Below, piece by piece: positions 11,759-23,600 of a stretch of 64,000 nt of DNA. Numbering within the stretch: position 1 is the first letter of the stretch; every line of letters begins with the position of its first letter. The notes under the pieces were generated by a model, which saw only the letters and a list, made by a program, of their open reading frames with translations, did not search any database and had not been told where the DNA came from. The position numbers were made by a program, and so were the translations under genes. The stretch covers positions 22,568,001 to 22,632,000 of the forward strand of contig OZ038378.1 of NCBI GenBank assembly GCA_964036045.1. Reading direction: 5' to 3'. The DNA comes from Eutreptiella sp. 'Long Island Sound 2002'. Lineage: Eukaryota > Protista > Euglenida.

Positions 11759-14700
11759 CACCCCGAGAGGTCCGGGAGGACGCGCATACCCGTGCAAACG
11801 GGGCGACAGGGGGGGGGCAAGGCGCAGGACTCGTTCCTCCCGCCACCCCGCCGCAGCCGTCTTGGTGAGGGTAGGTCATACCAAACCCATACCCAAAGTC
11901 GGCCCTGTCACTGACCCATGACCTGCTATGTGTACTCTCAATGGACACTTGGTGGAACTTCGGTCACGAGTTAAAAAAAAAAATAGGTTGTACCTTTACC
12001 ACGGTCACCAAACCTGGAAACCGAAGGCATGCTCCGTGGAGTGTGCAAAGCGAAGGCTTGTGCTTCTCCCAGGGCTCCCCCACAGTGGAACTCCGGTTAG
12101 TAGAAGCCCAAGCGTGTGAAAACATTTTTTGCATGGCTGGCGCTCCTCCCTTCGCAGTCAACCGTATTGACGAGTGGCTTAAACGAGCGAGCTAGGGTAA
12201 CAACTCTAGCGTGTTGGAAAGCAAGTATTCAATGGGCAAATTGAGTATTTTGTCTTGGGCCGTTTGCTCATCACTCTGGATGTGCACATTCCCCTAGTAT
12301 CCGTGTAGCACATCATGCCTAAGGGGCATGAACTGAAATTGAGTCAATGAACGTTGGACTGATTCTTTTGCTCCACAAAGAGGACAAGAGTCTTTCTGGA
12401 TAGACTCCTCTAGTCTAGCATGAACTTTCAACTTGCACCAAACTGCTGCAAAAACAACTCATGCACCAATGGGGGAAACTTAGCCCTTCACAAGGCCGTC
12501 TGCCACCCTCATAGGGCATCATTCATTGGTTTCGCATGGTGGTGCATTTGTAGTGCATGGAGTATGGTGTGTCAGTAAGCATCACGGGTGCACGGGTAGC
12601 TACAGTCATGGATACTCCTCATCCATCATACATCGTCAAGTGTGTCATGCATGGTGCATAGAGTGTAATCACACGGTCATGGTCATAGGAACAGCTGCGA
12701 CTGAGGGTTAGGCACAAGGTGATCAGGAGATACCCTGGACGCACGAGTGACTACGTTTGACGCCGGCATGAAGATCATTCGGTCACTTGCTGGAAGGGAC
12801 ATGGCTTATGGCTGGCTAGGGGACTGCACGTTATGCTGCTGCTCATGTATACCAACGTGTCATGCCGGAAATGTAAAGCGGGCCTCTGGCGCAGATGGGC
12901 TGTGGCATGGCTGCAGTTCTAGTTAGTGCGCTAGACCCGACCGGCAGCAGTCCCAGTGTGGGGCCCACTCACTCTCACCATTTGTGTTATATGTGCAGTA
13001 TGCCAGCAGTGTGCACAGACACGGTGCACCTACTGTGTTGAATGTACGATATTGGATGAGGTGAGGGGGTCTGTGGCCAACAGAAGAAGATCAATACTAG
13101 ACATACAATGTTTGTAGTTCAGGAACGCTCACAAACAGAACTGATCTGCAGTTGTTGAGGGTGTGATGCCCCGGGTGGCGACCATCACCAGACATGGCCT
13201 ATGGACCTTGGACTCATGTACTTGAGTCCGTGTGGGCACATGCACGCACAGGGGACGACGGTATTTGTGTGTGCACCGTTCATGTGATATATCCCAAGGT
13301 GGAATTTGTCAATTAAACGTGTGTACATCCTACATGCCATCACATAGTTGTATTTTGGGTGCCGAAGTTGATTGTTCATTGGTACAATGAAGTAGAAGGT
13401 TCAATATCACAGAATATTTCACCTATTCTTGTTGCTGCTTTGCCCTATTGTACAAAGGTGGTTGGTGATTTTTGGTGGGTTTCCATTCTAGTGGGATTTA
13501 TTGCATATGCATATCGTGCACATGCAGTGCCCACACAGTGCACAAACATTTCCCAGAGCGGACGTGGTGTAATGAAGGTGACTAATCAATAATGCACTGT
13601 TGTGCACAAGTGGGAGTCTAAACCATCTTCTTTGGTTAGGAGGGGGCAGATGAAGGTGGCAGTAGTTTCAGCTCCCTATCCTATCATTGTGTGATACAGT
13701 GCACACTGAGGGTCTTCTGATGTGGCCATGAAGGCTTGTGGCACGCTCTAAGAGTGGTGCAAGGTCTTGTCCCCTGTTGTGGTGTGCTCTTATGAATGCC
13801 ACATGCATTGCCTTCTTTACATGGGGAGAGTGCACCCTGTCAGACTGCATGTCTGTGAAGCACGGTTTCTGCAGTGCTGCCATCAAAGAAAGGCAATGAT
13901 TGTGACAAGCTTCCTCACGACCCTTTGAAACACAGGGAACCACAAGCAGTTGCATCTGACGTGTGACTTGCCTTCTGGATGCGACGACACATAAACAAAT
14001 GTGCGGGTACCAGAACAAGCTCGTTATCTTGCGCCATCACCAGTGTTGCATGGCGGGACACCTGCTTCTAGTCCGGGCACAATATGGATAAGCCCTTAGT
14101 CATCGAGGCTGTCTGTGCAGCTGCTGATTTTCCCATGTAAGCAGTTGATATTTTCTGTCAAATCCTGCATGTAGATAGTTGTAAATGTTCGTTGGATGGA
14201 ATGGGATCGTGCAAAAAAAAAAGCAACAAGCAGGGTGCCGCTGGCCAATCCCAGTCCTACTTCATCCGAGAGAAGCGGTTTCTGCAGTCCAATCACCATG
14301 TTCAAACTATGGCAGTGCAGTTGTCGCTTTTTCCAGTGTGCCTTTTTTGTTTAGTGAGTGGTGCATGGGAGCAGGCTCCAATGAGGAAGGTTTGCTGTTC
14401 AGCTTCATACAATTCACACTGCCCCCCGTCCTGAAGCCAGACCACCTGGCCCCCTTACGCGACGTGTGTCGAACGATTGCGCAACACGTACAGCAGCTGT
14501 GCTGACTCCATGGTGGCTCATGAGGCCTCATGAGGTCTCTCAGGTGGCAAGAAGGGGTCAGTAAAAGGCCACATGGTATTATGAAATGAGGAGTCTATCC
14601 CAGCTTCCCACAAGGAGCGAGACTTCCACTTCACCACATGTGCAGAACAGCACATATTGCTTAGGAATTTTCGTTGCGTTGTTTAGTGGTAAGACTGTAT

Positions 14701-16171
14701 ATGTGCCACGTGTGCAGTCAGAAAGTATTTCCCTGTTGGCGCAGTCGGCAGTGTGCTCTTAAAGCAGTAGAGGCAAGGAGTCACGAGGGGTAACAAGAGG
14801 TTTCAAAGGTTCCAAGGGCTCCCAGGTATTCACAAGGGGTCGCAAGTGTCCATGCCTGTACAAGGGTTGGGAAGGGCTATGATTATCTTGAAAGATTGAA
14901 ATGACAGCACGTCTGCCATGGCACAAATTCTCGGGGATTCGCATGTCCTGTGCTGCAGTCAAGTTCCTTTGTGTGCTGTAAAGGGTTCTGCAAAAGGTTC
15001 CATTCGTTGCTCTGTTCTGTGATGCGCTTGCAGCCCATAACAGGCCCTTGTCCTTTGCAGCATGCTCTTGCATGCCCTGTGTTGAGCTGCACGTAGAACC
15101 ATGCAACTTGACATCGATACTGACCCGAAGCTCTTGCATGTAGGACTCATTAAGGGCTGCCCCTTCGTGAACCCGCAAGATTGCCCCTTCTATGACAAGG
15201 AGAAGGGAGAGCACAGACCGCATGACCATGGCGAAGCGAGCCCCCCTGCTCTCACCAAGACCAAGAGGAAGTACTCCCAACAGATGGACCCGCATCTCAA
15301 GGCAACTCTTCCCCGGCATGCGATGCCCTCGAGGGCCAGTGGCACGGTCAGAAGTAAGTTTGATCTGGTGTGTGCTTTGATCCTCCTCCTGAAGGCTGTG
15401 GAGGGTCGTGAGGATGCTGAGGGGTGTGATGCGAACGATGCTTCAGGCTCGCAATTGCCTAGCGACAGCACATCCTGTGACCTGCCCATCTCCAGTAGCG
15501 AGTATGTCAAGTAGTAGTGTGTACCAAGCAAATACGAAAAATTTTAAAATACAAATTTTTTGCAAGCTGAAACACAATTAAAATTTAGCAGAAATTTGTT
15601 TCTGCCCCCAAAAAGTGGAAAAAATCATTTTTTCTTGCGGCGCTTTTTTTTTGGCGAATGTCCCGTTTTGCGTGACCACACCACCATTTACAGCCAGGAA
15701 TGTTGTGTTTTTTTATTTTTGCGAAAACAACTTTTGGTGTGAAGCTTTTTTGTGCAGTGCCTTCACCTTGGCGCTCTCTGGATGGATTTTTTTAATTCTT
15801 GGTGAACACTGGATGGATCCTGTTACTTCCGCCATAAGCCCCTCCAGCAAAGTTTGCCACAGGGTTTTCAGTGAGTCCCGCGAAATTTCCACCCCACGAC
15901 ATCTCGCCTCACAAAATAGATATTGTGCGAAATTCCTTCCCCTGCGGAGACAACCTCCCGAATGACCTCCCATGTGGTGTCCTGTGTGTCCTTCTATTTG
16001 ACCCGATGGTATGCATATCTGGACAGCGGAAGTATACAGAAACGTTTTTTTGATTTTTCAGCGTATCTCTCGCTGTGAACCGACCCCCACCCCCTCCTTG
16101 CAGTAACATTCTGTGCCACTGGTAAGGATGTGATTCACAGGTGCAGATTTTCATGCACTGCCCCACTGCAG

Positions 16172-16483
16172 TCAATGCTGGAGAACCAGGAGTTGGACGA
16201 GGACAAGCAAAAGATGAAGGATCGTATCCTTGAGCTTGAAAATCTTCTGACCAATGAATTGGACGAGCGGCATGACATTGTGAAGAATTGCAAGCGGTTG
16301 GAGAAGGAGGTTGCCCAGAGAGACTCCGAGATTATGCAGCTGCATCAGCACCTGCAGAGCACAGAAAACAACATCCAGGAGCTCAAGCAGGTCTTGGATT
16401 CCCTCAGCAGCGTCGATGACGTTCCTGTACCGTACACGCCTCGGTCAGTGGTCTCCCAGGAGGTGCAGGTCAATATGGACCAG
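16172..16483 (+). CDS. Host coiled-coil protein gene, exon (SMLENQELDEDKQKMKDRILELE...)
   Basis: Acceptor ccccactgcAG, donor cag|GTgtgt, 312 nt, phase 0-0, heptad-rich E/K/L/Q composition. Confidence 0.75.
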
Positions 16484-16939
16484 GTGTGTTCAACCCACCG
16501 GCGTTGACTCTGGCGCATTGTGCGACGCATTGCATTTGGGAAGGGAGGTGCCATGATGTGAAAGAAACAAGTCAACGAACCACAACCTTTGAGCCCCGCC
16601 GTGCTGCGATTTGGATTGGTGAAGTGTCCACGCTTCTTGTCATTGGTGGTGGTGGTGTTGGTGGTCTCATTGTTCTTGCTGCTCTTATTATTGTTATTGT
16701 CATTGTTTTGCTGTCATTGTTGTTACTGTTGTAGTTGTCGTCATTGTCACTGCTGCTTGTTATTTCACATACTATGCACTCAGCCACCAACAAATCCCTT
16801 CCCTGTTGCGCACTACACTGATCCCCACCCCCCCACTGATCCCCATCCTGTCCACCCCTGCCGTTGGATAAAGGCACCCATCGTCTACTACATCAGGCAC
16901 CACAGGTATCCAGAGGTCCCCCCAACCCCTCGTGGACAG

Positions 16940-16955
16940 ATAATAATACTAATAC

Positions 16956-16994
<39 letters not shown>

Positions 16995-17020
16995 TAATAA
17001 TAATGATAATAATAATAATA
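16940..17020. repeat. (TAA)n microsatellite
   Basis: Directly visible, ~27 units with minor variants. Confidence 0.95.
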
Positions 17021-17077
17021 CTGTAGCTTTCCATGTGGAGTGGCTTCCCAGACATCTGTCCATGCGCAGGAGACAGC

Positions 17078-17556
17078 GCACAATAGGCACTGTCTACATA
17101 TTGAGGTCTTCCAACAATCTGACTTCCTTCGGTAAACAGGTGGCAAATCCACTGCTATCGAGATAAAGCGCCTTCCCCAAAGTTAGGCCAGCCCACTGGG
17201 CAGATCAACACTCCTGCCCAGGGCCATCCGTAGGATCGAGCGAGGTTTTATATATATTTTCTCTCAGGGACAGGGATTGTGAGCAGTGCCCCATTGGGGG
17301 GAACCGACAGCAGTTGGGGGGTAACCGATGGCGGTTGGAGGTAACCGTGAGCATGAGATGTTGTCAGTGGGACAGAGGGATTTTTTACCCCCCCCCCCTC
17401 CCCCTGAAGGACGGCCCTGCACTGGCCTGCCATATCTGAGGTGCGCCAGGTCCCCCCCCACCCCAATTGCTGCAGAAGCATGCGCCGGCAGAAGAAAGCA
17501 TGCTCCTACAGGCCCGGGCAGGACCTCAGGGCACTATGGCATCGACCCTCCAAGAG
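17078..17556 (+). repeat. ~475-bp interspersed repeat; inverted near-identical copy at 33335-33807
   Basis: The reverse complement aligns end to end, apart from homopolymer-length changes and a few substitutions. Confidence 0.95.
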
Positions 17557-18858
17557 GTACTGCTCCACCACCAGGCGCAGGGCAAAGGATGCCAAGGGCC
17601 ACTCCCACACACACTGTGGCCCCGCAAGTAATCGGGTCCACACAGGGAGAGGCCCAAACTGCCCCCCCAGAAAGGTGATGTATCTTAGCGAACGCTATAA
17701 AGCTGTTTCAAAGAAAGGTCATCAGACCCGATAAACTGCCGTCAGTAGGATGGTAGGAATGTTGAACCACACAGTTGGAGTATGATTGAATGATGGCCCC
17801 GGCACATACATGTCGGAGCAAAAAAAAACCTCTCATGGGGAAACACCATATTTTCGAAGGAAGCTCGTATGGGTCTGTGGATTTGGGAGCGTTGCTAAAA
17901 GGCCCATAGCTCAGGGCTGTGCAACCTGTCCTGGGACGCAGTTACCCAGCATAACAATTGGGCCCCAGTGCCTTTACCCTCCCCTGAGCAAGGAGAGGGG
18001 TAGCTTAGGTGCATTCTGTTCCTGGCTCCACCTGGTGCCCTCTGAGGCATCGTTGTTTCACTTGCCGCATGGAGGGGATGCTATCCTTGATGCCACGTAC
18101 ACCCATTGTGAAGCACTGCCGGCCCCACAGCAGGGCTTTGGTAGGATGACCACCCACTGCCTTGTGTCCCGCAGCAGGGTTTGGTGGGAGACACACCCAC
18201 TGCACGCTGCACGGGCGGTGAATCCCTGAAACAACTAGCAAAATGCCTCAGCAGACCGCGCACCACTGATGGGTAGCACTCGGTGATCTGGAAGCCCCTG
18301 GCCCTATGTTACATTTTCCACCTCAGTGGTGCCGAGCACCTTTCAAACTCCGCTGTCTTGGGAAAGACTTCATTTGGAGCATGCCAGCGCCAGCATGGGA
18401 GGGATGCCAAGGGGCAGAAGCAGCACTTGTGAGCACCGGGACAGCTGTACTATTCTCATGTAGTAAAAAATTTCCCCCAGCTGTTCGGTAGCCCAACAGG
18501 ATCTCATCTCTCACAGTTTTTATAAACTTTTCCTCTTTACCCCCAACCCAACAGGTGGGCAACCAACCCACCTACCCACAAGTGGAGGATTCCCTTCTCA
18601 GAAGGCGCCCACGTACGTTCACTTGGAAGTACCAACTGGCATGCTCTCTCAGATGTTATGGCACATATGCACAAAGAAACACACACACACACACACACAG
18701 GTGTTTTCTTTGGTGCCTGCCAGCCGGGGACACTGCATATCCAACCGAAAGCCAAACAGGCACGCTCATCAGCGCAACAACCCCCGCCAGGGCTGCACTC
18801 GCCCCCCCCCCTGGGCCTGTGAAACCGCTGCTCGGCACGACCCCCTGGGTCACACAAA

Positions 18859-20655
18859 ATGTCGGGCATAGCCCAAGATCTGCTTGATGCACTTAAGCAG
18901 CCAGAGGTGCTGCAAGCTATGGCTAACGCCATCGCACCACTTCTCAGTGGCAAGAAGCAGGCTGCGTCCAGGGACACGGAGCAAAGCGGCTCTGCGCGGG
19001 AAGAGCATCTACTGGAGGTCATCAGGAGTCTCAAGGACACCATCAGGGAGCTGAGGACAGCTCTCCAGGCTGCGAACACCGATCAAACAGCACCAAGTGC
19101 TCGGGAGGTCGCGGCAGAGAAGGATATACGATCTTCGTACAAGGCAGCTCTTCTGAAGAAGACGCCTGGTAAGAGCCAAGTCGTAGTCAAGGAGGTTCAA
19201 GATTTGGGAGACCCCCTGCAACCAACGGGACTGGCAGTCAAGGCCCTCAAAGGCAAGCATACCTTCACAGCAGTGCAGGGGAAGAGACTATACAAGGGAG
19301 ACAACAAATCACAGCTTGACATGAAGCAGATTGGCCCCAGTAAAGCGGTTTCTGATTGGAAGGTGTCAGCAGACACCGAGGGAGCTTTTGCGCATGTGCT
19401 TCTGGTTGGGCAGCAGGTGGCTGAAGCTCATTTCATTGCGACACAGGCGATGTCACAGCATGCGTGTATCTGCAGTGTCAGTGCACATGTCCTAGCTACA
19501 GGCAGCAAACGGAACGATGCCTCTGTTCACGGAATTCTGACGGCATTGGGCAGATCGAGGGACAGCCTCACCATCTCTGGCATGACGCTCAGCGTAAAAG
19601 TCATCACGCAACGTATGGAGTGGGAGACCAAGAAGGATGCGGACGTAAAAATGACGCCGCCTGAGCACTCGCTGCTGCTTTGCTGGGAACGCTCTGGCGA
19701 GGGCACTGAAGATGCAGATCATGAGCCAGTGGACCTGCCGCAGGATAAGGCGGCGGTCAGAGTTGTTTGCTGTTTGGACCCGACCATCCTACAAGTCACT
19801 GGTGAAGACAATGCCAAAATGAAGGCTGCCCGATGGGCAGAAGAGAAGTGCTGGGAGCTTACGTCCCCATACCTCACCCCCACGCTTACACCCCCCCCCC
19901 CTATGCAAGTGGGAAAGAGGGGCTCAAAATACGAAGTAACCATGGTGCTGCCAGCTCCTATGGTGAAACAGGTGCTTTGCAATGGCGGAAAAGTGACAGG
20001 AGCTGAGTACCGCCTTTTCATGAATAAAGATACCGATGTGGACACACTCAAAGCAAACATGGTATGGGTCAAACTTCCCCAGAACACAAACAAAGCCATC
20101 TCCGATCATTGGAAAAGATTACACAAACAACCGTGGTTTGCAGGCCTCATCGCAGGGGACCGTGCCGACCGCCTGGGAGTGCGAGTTTGGGGCGGGCCTG
20201 TCATCCCTGACACACGGCAAGAAATAGCTACACTGCTTGGTATCCTTCTGACCCCCCCTGTGACCCGGGTACGCGTCAGAGGGTATGGTGTTTCAATGGG
20301 TCTGGTCTCAGGCCAACAATCGGCTGCACAGCGTGAAGCCGACAGAGTTTTCGGCGCGAACATTGTCACTGTGATAAGATGCCAGCACCTGAAGCACAGT
20401 GGTCTGGTGTCGCCAGTTTTTGACATGGATATAACGGGCATCCCCCCAGATTGGGAAGGGTGCACAGTTCCTGCGCAGGATTCCCGGATGCCCGTGCGGA
20501 AATGGCACAAGTGCATCCGCAAGGCTACTGCCCCCACGTACAAGCCAGTAGGCAAGCGTGCCACCCTACCCCCCCGACAGGGATGTGTGACGCCAGAGGA
20601 TGAGGAAATGCCGGAAGAGGCAGCCAAGGACGAGGAGGGTGAAGGCATCCTCTGA
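18859..20655 (+). CDS. LINE B ORF1, 598 aa (coiled-coil N-terminus)
   Basis: Intact ORF ending 5 nt before the ORF2 ATG at 20661. Its position and helical N-terminus are typical of LINE ORF1. Confidence 0.8.
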   Translation: MSGIAQDLLDALKQPEVLQAMANAIAPLLSGKKQAASRDTEQSGSAREEHLLEVIRSLKDTIRELRTALQAANTDQTAPSAREVAAEKDIRSSYKAALLKKTPGKSQVVVKEVQDLGDPLQPTGLAVKALKGKHTFTAVQGKRLYKGDNKSQLDMKQIGPSKAVSDWKVSADTEGAFAHVLLVGQQVAEAHFIATQAMSQHACICSVSAHVLATGSKRNDASVHGILTALGRSRDSLTISGMTLSVKVITQRMEWETKKDADVKMTPPEHSLLLCWERSGEGTEDADHEPVDLPQDKAAVRVVCCLDPTILQVTGEDNAKMKAARWAEEKCWELTSPYLTPTLTPPPPMQVGKRGSKYEVTMVLPAPMVKQVLCNGGKVTGAEYRLFMNKDTDVDTLKANMVWVKLPQNTNKAISDHWKRLHKQPWFAGLIAGDRADRLGVRVWGGPVIPDTRQEIATLLGILLTPPVTRVRVRGYGVSMGLVSGQQSAAQREADRVFGANIVTVIRCQHLKHSGLVSPVFDMDITGIPPDWEGCTVPAQDSRMPVRKWHKCIRKATAPTYKPVGKRATLPPRQGCVTPEDEEMPEEAAKDEEGEGIL

Positions 20656-20660
20656 GTTTC

Positions 20661-23600
20661 ATGCATTTTTCAGGACGGCAACCCAATACAGGTCCTCTCC
20701 AATTTGTAAACACAAATGTCACGTCATTACGTGTGCACCACGAAGATGTCTTTAGTTTTAAGGCTGATGTGGTCGGGATGCAAGAGACCCGTCTAACGGC
20801 ATCAGGCCAGCGCTGCATGTAGGCAATTGCAGCAGAATATGGCTGGTCATGTTTTTGGGGGAAACCACTGGGCTCGCCCACGGGTGGGATCTGGGGCGCC
20901 CCTCAAGGGGGGGTTGGAATGTTGTTCAAGAAGGGATGGAATGTACGCCAAGTGGAGGCGGACGAAGGAGACCCCATTGCCAGCAGACTCTGGCATTCCG
21001 GCAGATGGCTGCACACATGCGCAGGCATCGGTGAAGGGCACACTGTCCTGAACATATGCGTAGCATACGGCATCCCGGCCAATGCCCCGCTGAACACTGA
21101 ATTCTGGGAGTTAGTCATTTGCTATCTCAGCAGGCTGGGAACCTCCCCCTGCCTTCTATTTACAGATGCGAACTTCAATTTCGATGTCTTTCATAAAATA
21201 CCTGCAGCCCCCCTTACTGCATTAGCAGATGGCTGGCTCGTAGATGCAGACCATGTATTCGCCACACTGCTCCAGATTTCCTGTGTCAGCAATTTTTCTA
21301 AGGATGGTGCCCCTGGAACTCGCATCGATGCACTGCTGGCCACGCCTGCTCAGGTCTCAGCACTTGTTGACGTCTCTGCTGTGCAGGGACATTCCCTCCC
21401 AGGCCACACGCCGGTACGATATACCTTTGCTCTGGATGGCCCAAGACAGAAAGTTATCAAGATGAGGAAGCTCCCCCCCTTTTCACTGCCTCCGCGAGAG
21501 GTAGAAGAGGCACAGGAAATAAGCGACATGCTGCCGAAGCCTTGGGAAACGTGGGCAGCCCTGGTCAGTGAAGGGAATGTCAATGCCATCTGGGATCAGT
21601 GGACTTGGCTAGCAGAGGAAGTGGGGGTCGTACTCTCATGCAATCACCTCACAAAGGATAGCCTAGGGGCCGCCCTCCCATTCGCACCTAAGTCTGCACC
21701 CCGTGGCAGAGGGACAGCACAGATGTTGCGAGAAACTACTCTGGCCCCAAGCAAAACAACTGCATATGGGGGGCCACGCACTCGGCTGATATCCAAGATC
21801 ACCGGTGCCCTGGGATCACTACGCACAGTCATCCAGTGGCAGCGAAAGGAGGCGGGTGTCCAGGGTAACCGACTCACAGCGTCTGCGAGGCGCAAAGCAC
21901 AGAGAGCCGTCCGATTGGGCGCTGTGCCGCAGCAGGTACAACACGCGTGGCAAGCGGCGTGCCGGCGTATGCGTAAAATTGGCGCGGCGGTCAGAGATGA
22001 CTTACTGCTACAGGACTTCATTACACTGGCCCCGGACCCCAACCTCCCCCCCATCCGTCAGATGCCAACCCTGGTCCAGACCATGTCTGAGTATGACCAG
22101 CTCTGTACATTAGGCAGGAAGTACGCTAAACAGCAAGAACGTGATCCAATAGAGGCATGGAAGCACAAGATGAATCAAGCCTGGTTGGACAGGCCAAAGG
22201 ATGTATACCGTTGGATTCAAAATGAATATCAACCCCCCCTTGTCATGCTGTTGGATCCGGAGACACAACAACCCACCTCCAGTGTGAATAGAATGGACGA
22301 CATTCTACATGCCTCATGGGACAAAGTAATGAGGAAGTATGCGCATGCCCCAGAGCCGGATGCGGCCGCCTTTGTCCGCAAATACGGGGTTTTTCTACAG
22401 CGCGGTCGGCTCATGCAAGCCGCTCCCATCACAGGCGCCCGACTCACCAAAAGGTTCAGGAAAATGGGCATCCATACAGCCACCGGCCTTGACGGCTGGT
22501 GCGTCGCCGACTTGCTATCGCTGCCCATGCAGCTGATGGATATGCTAGCAGAACTGCTGCACGTCATCGAGCACACAGGACAGTGGCCTCAGGCCTTGGC
22601 CAAAGGGTATATTTCGCTCATTCCTAAGGGCGAGGGCATGTTGCCCATGCAACAACTCCCGCTCTCCGTGTTATCCCAAATTTACCGAGTCTGGGCAGGG
22701 ATTAGACTAGAGGAATGCATGCTGTGGCAAGAGGGGTGGATTCACCCACATGCCTTTGGTTTCAGAAAACGAAGAGGGGCCACAGATGCGGCGGCGCTCA
22801 TCGCCCTGCTCGTGGAGCTCCACAAAATTATCAAATCTGTCCTGCACGGTTTCGGACTTGACTATGTCAAGTGTTTTGACTTGATACCGCAGTCCATTGT
22901 ACTGCACATTGCCCTGGAACAGGGCATGAATCCAGGAACCCACCGAGCCCTTAAGGGCATGTATACATCCCTGGTAAGATGTTTCAAAATCATGGGCTGC
23001 TGCGCCAGTTTCTTTGCGGCCACAAATGGCATATTGCAGGGATGCCCACTTTCAGTCATACTGATCAATTTGATGACTAGTATCTGGAAACGGGTCCCTG
23101 GCCGGTGTCTTGTAGCCATTCCTCCGTGCGTTGCAAAAGGGGGGTCAGGGGTGTGCCTCCCGCTGCCAGCCCATAGGTGTCGTCAGCATAACCAAGCGAT
23201 GTGAGTATAAAGTGCAGGACCTGAACTGGCTGATCCCCAGGGGGGAGCGCGCGCGCTGACACCGACAGGTGCTGTTTTTGGGCATCCAGCAGTGTCAATG
23301 CCAAAAAGTCCGTGGGGTTCTCCTCATCCTCATCAGAGCCAGTGAAGGCAGAACTGCTGGGTGTGCCTTTCCCGGTGGAAACAGAGTTTAGGTCGCTGGG
23401 TGCAGGCATTCGCACAACCGTTGCCACGTGCTCAGGCCCGCTAATCCTGAAGCACATATCTCGTGCCTGCGGCCTCCTTGACCGTGTGCATGGAGCCCAG
23501 GGCAATTATGAACGCCGCTGCGAGATCATATCAACTATGATCACAGCCACAGGCCTACATGCATCGGAGATCGTCCCACTCCGTATGCGGGATCTCGCTA

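Larger units (their letters stand above)
4951..11981 (+). mobile_element. Near-intact 7.0-kb non-LTR retrotransposon (LINE A): ORF1 plus APE-RT-RNase H ORF2
   Basis: 18-bp TSD aataggttgtacctttac at 4933-4950 and 11982-11999, with an A-run at 11973-11983. The interrupted transposon sequence resumes after it, and the empty site is seen inverted at 1362-1379. Confidence 0.95.

Noticed and set aside
12200-15530. Several 60-190 aa ORFs between LINE A and the first host exon
   Set aside because: No recognisable domain, splice support or repeat partner in the window. Probably old relics.
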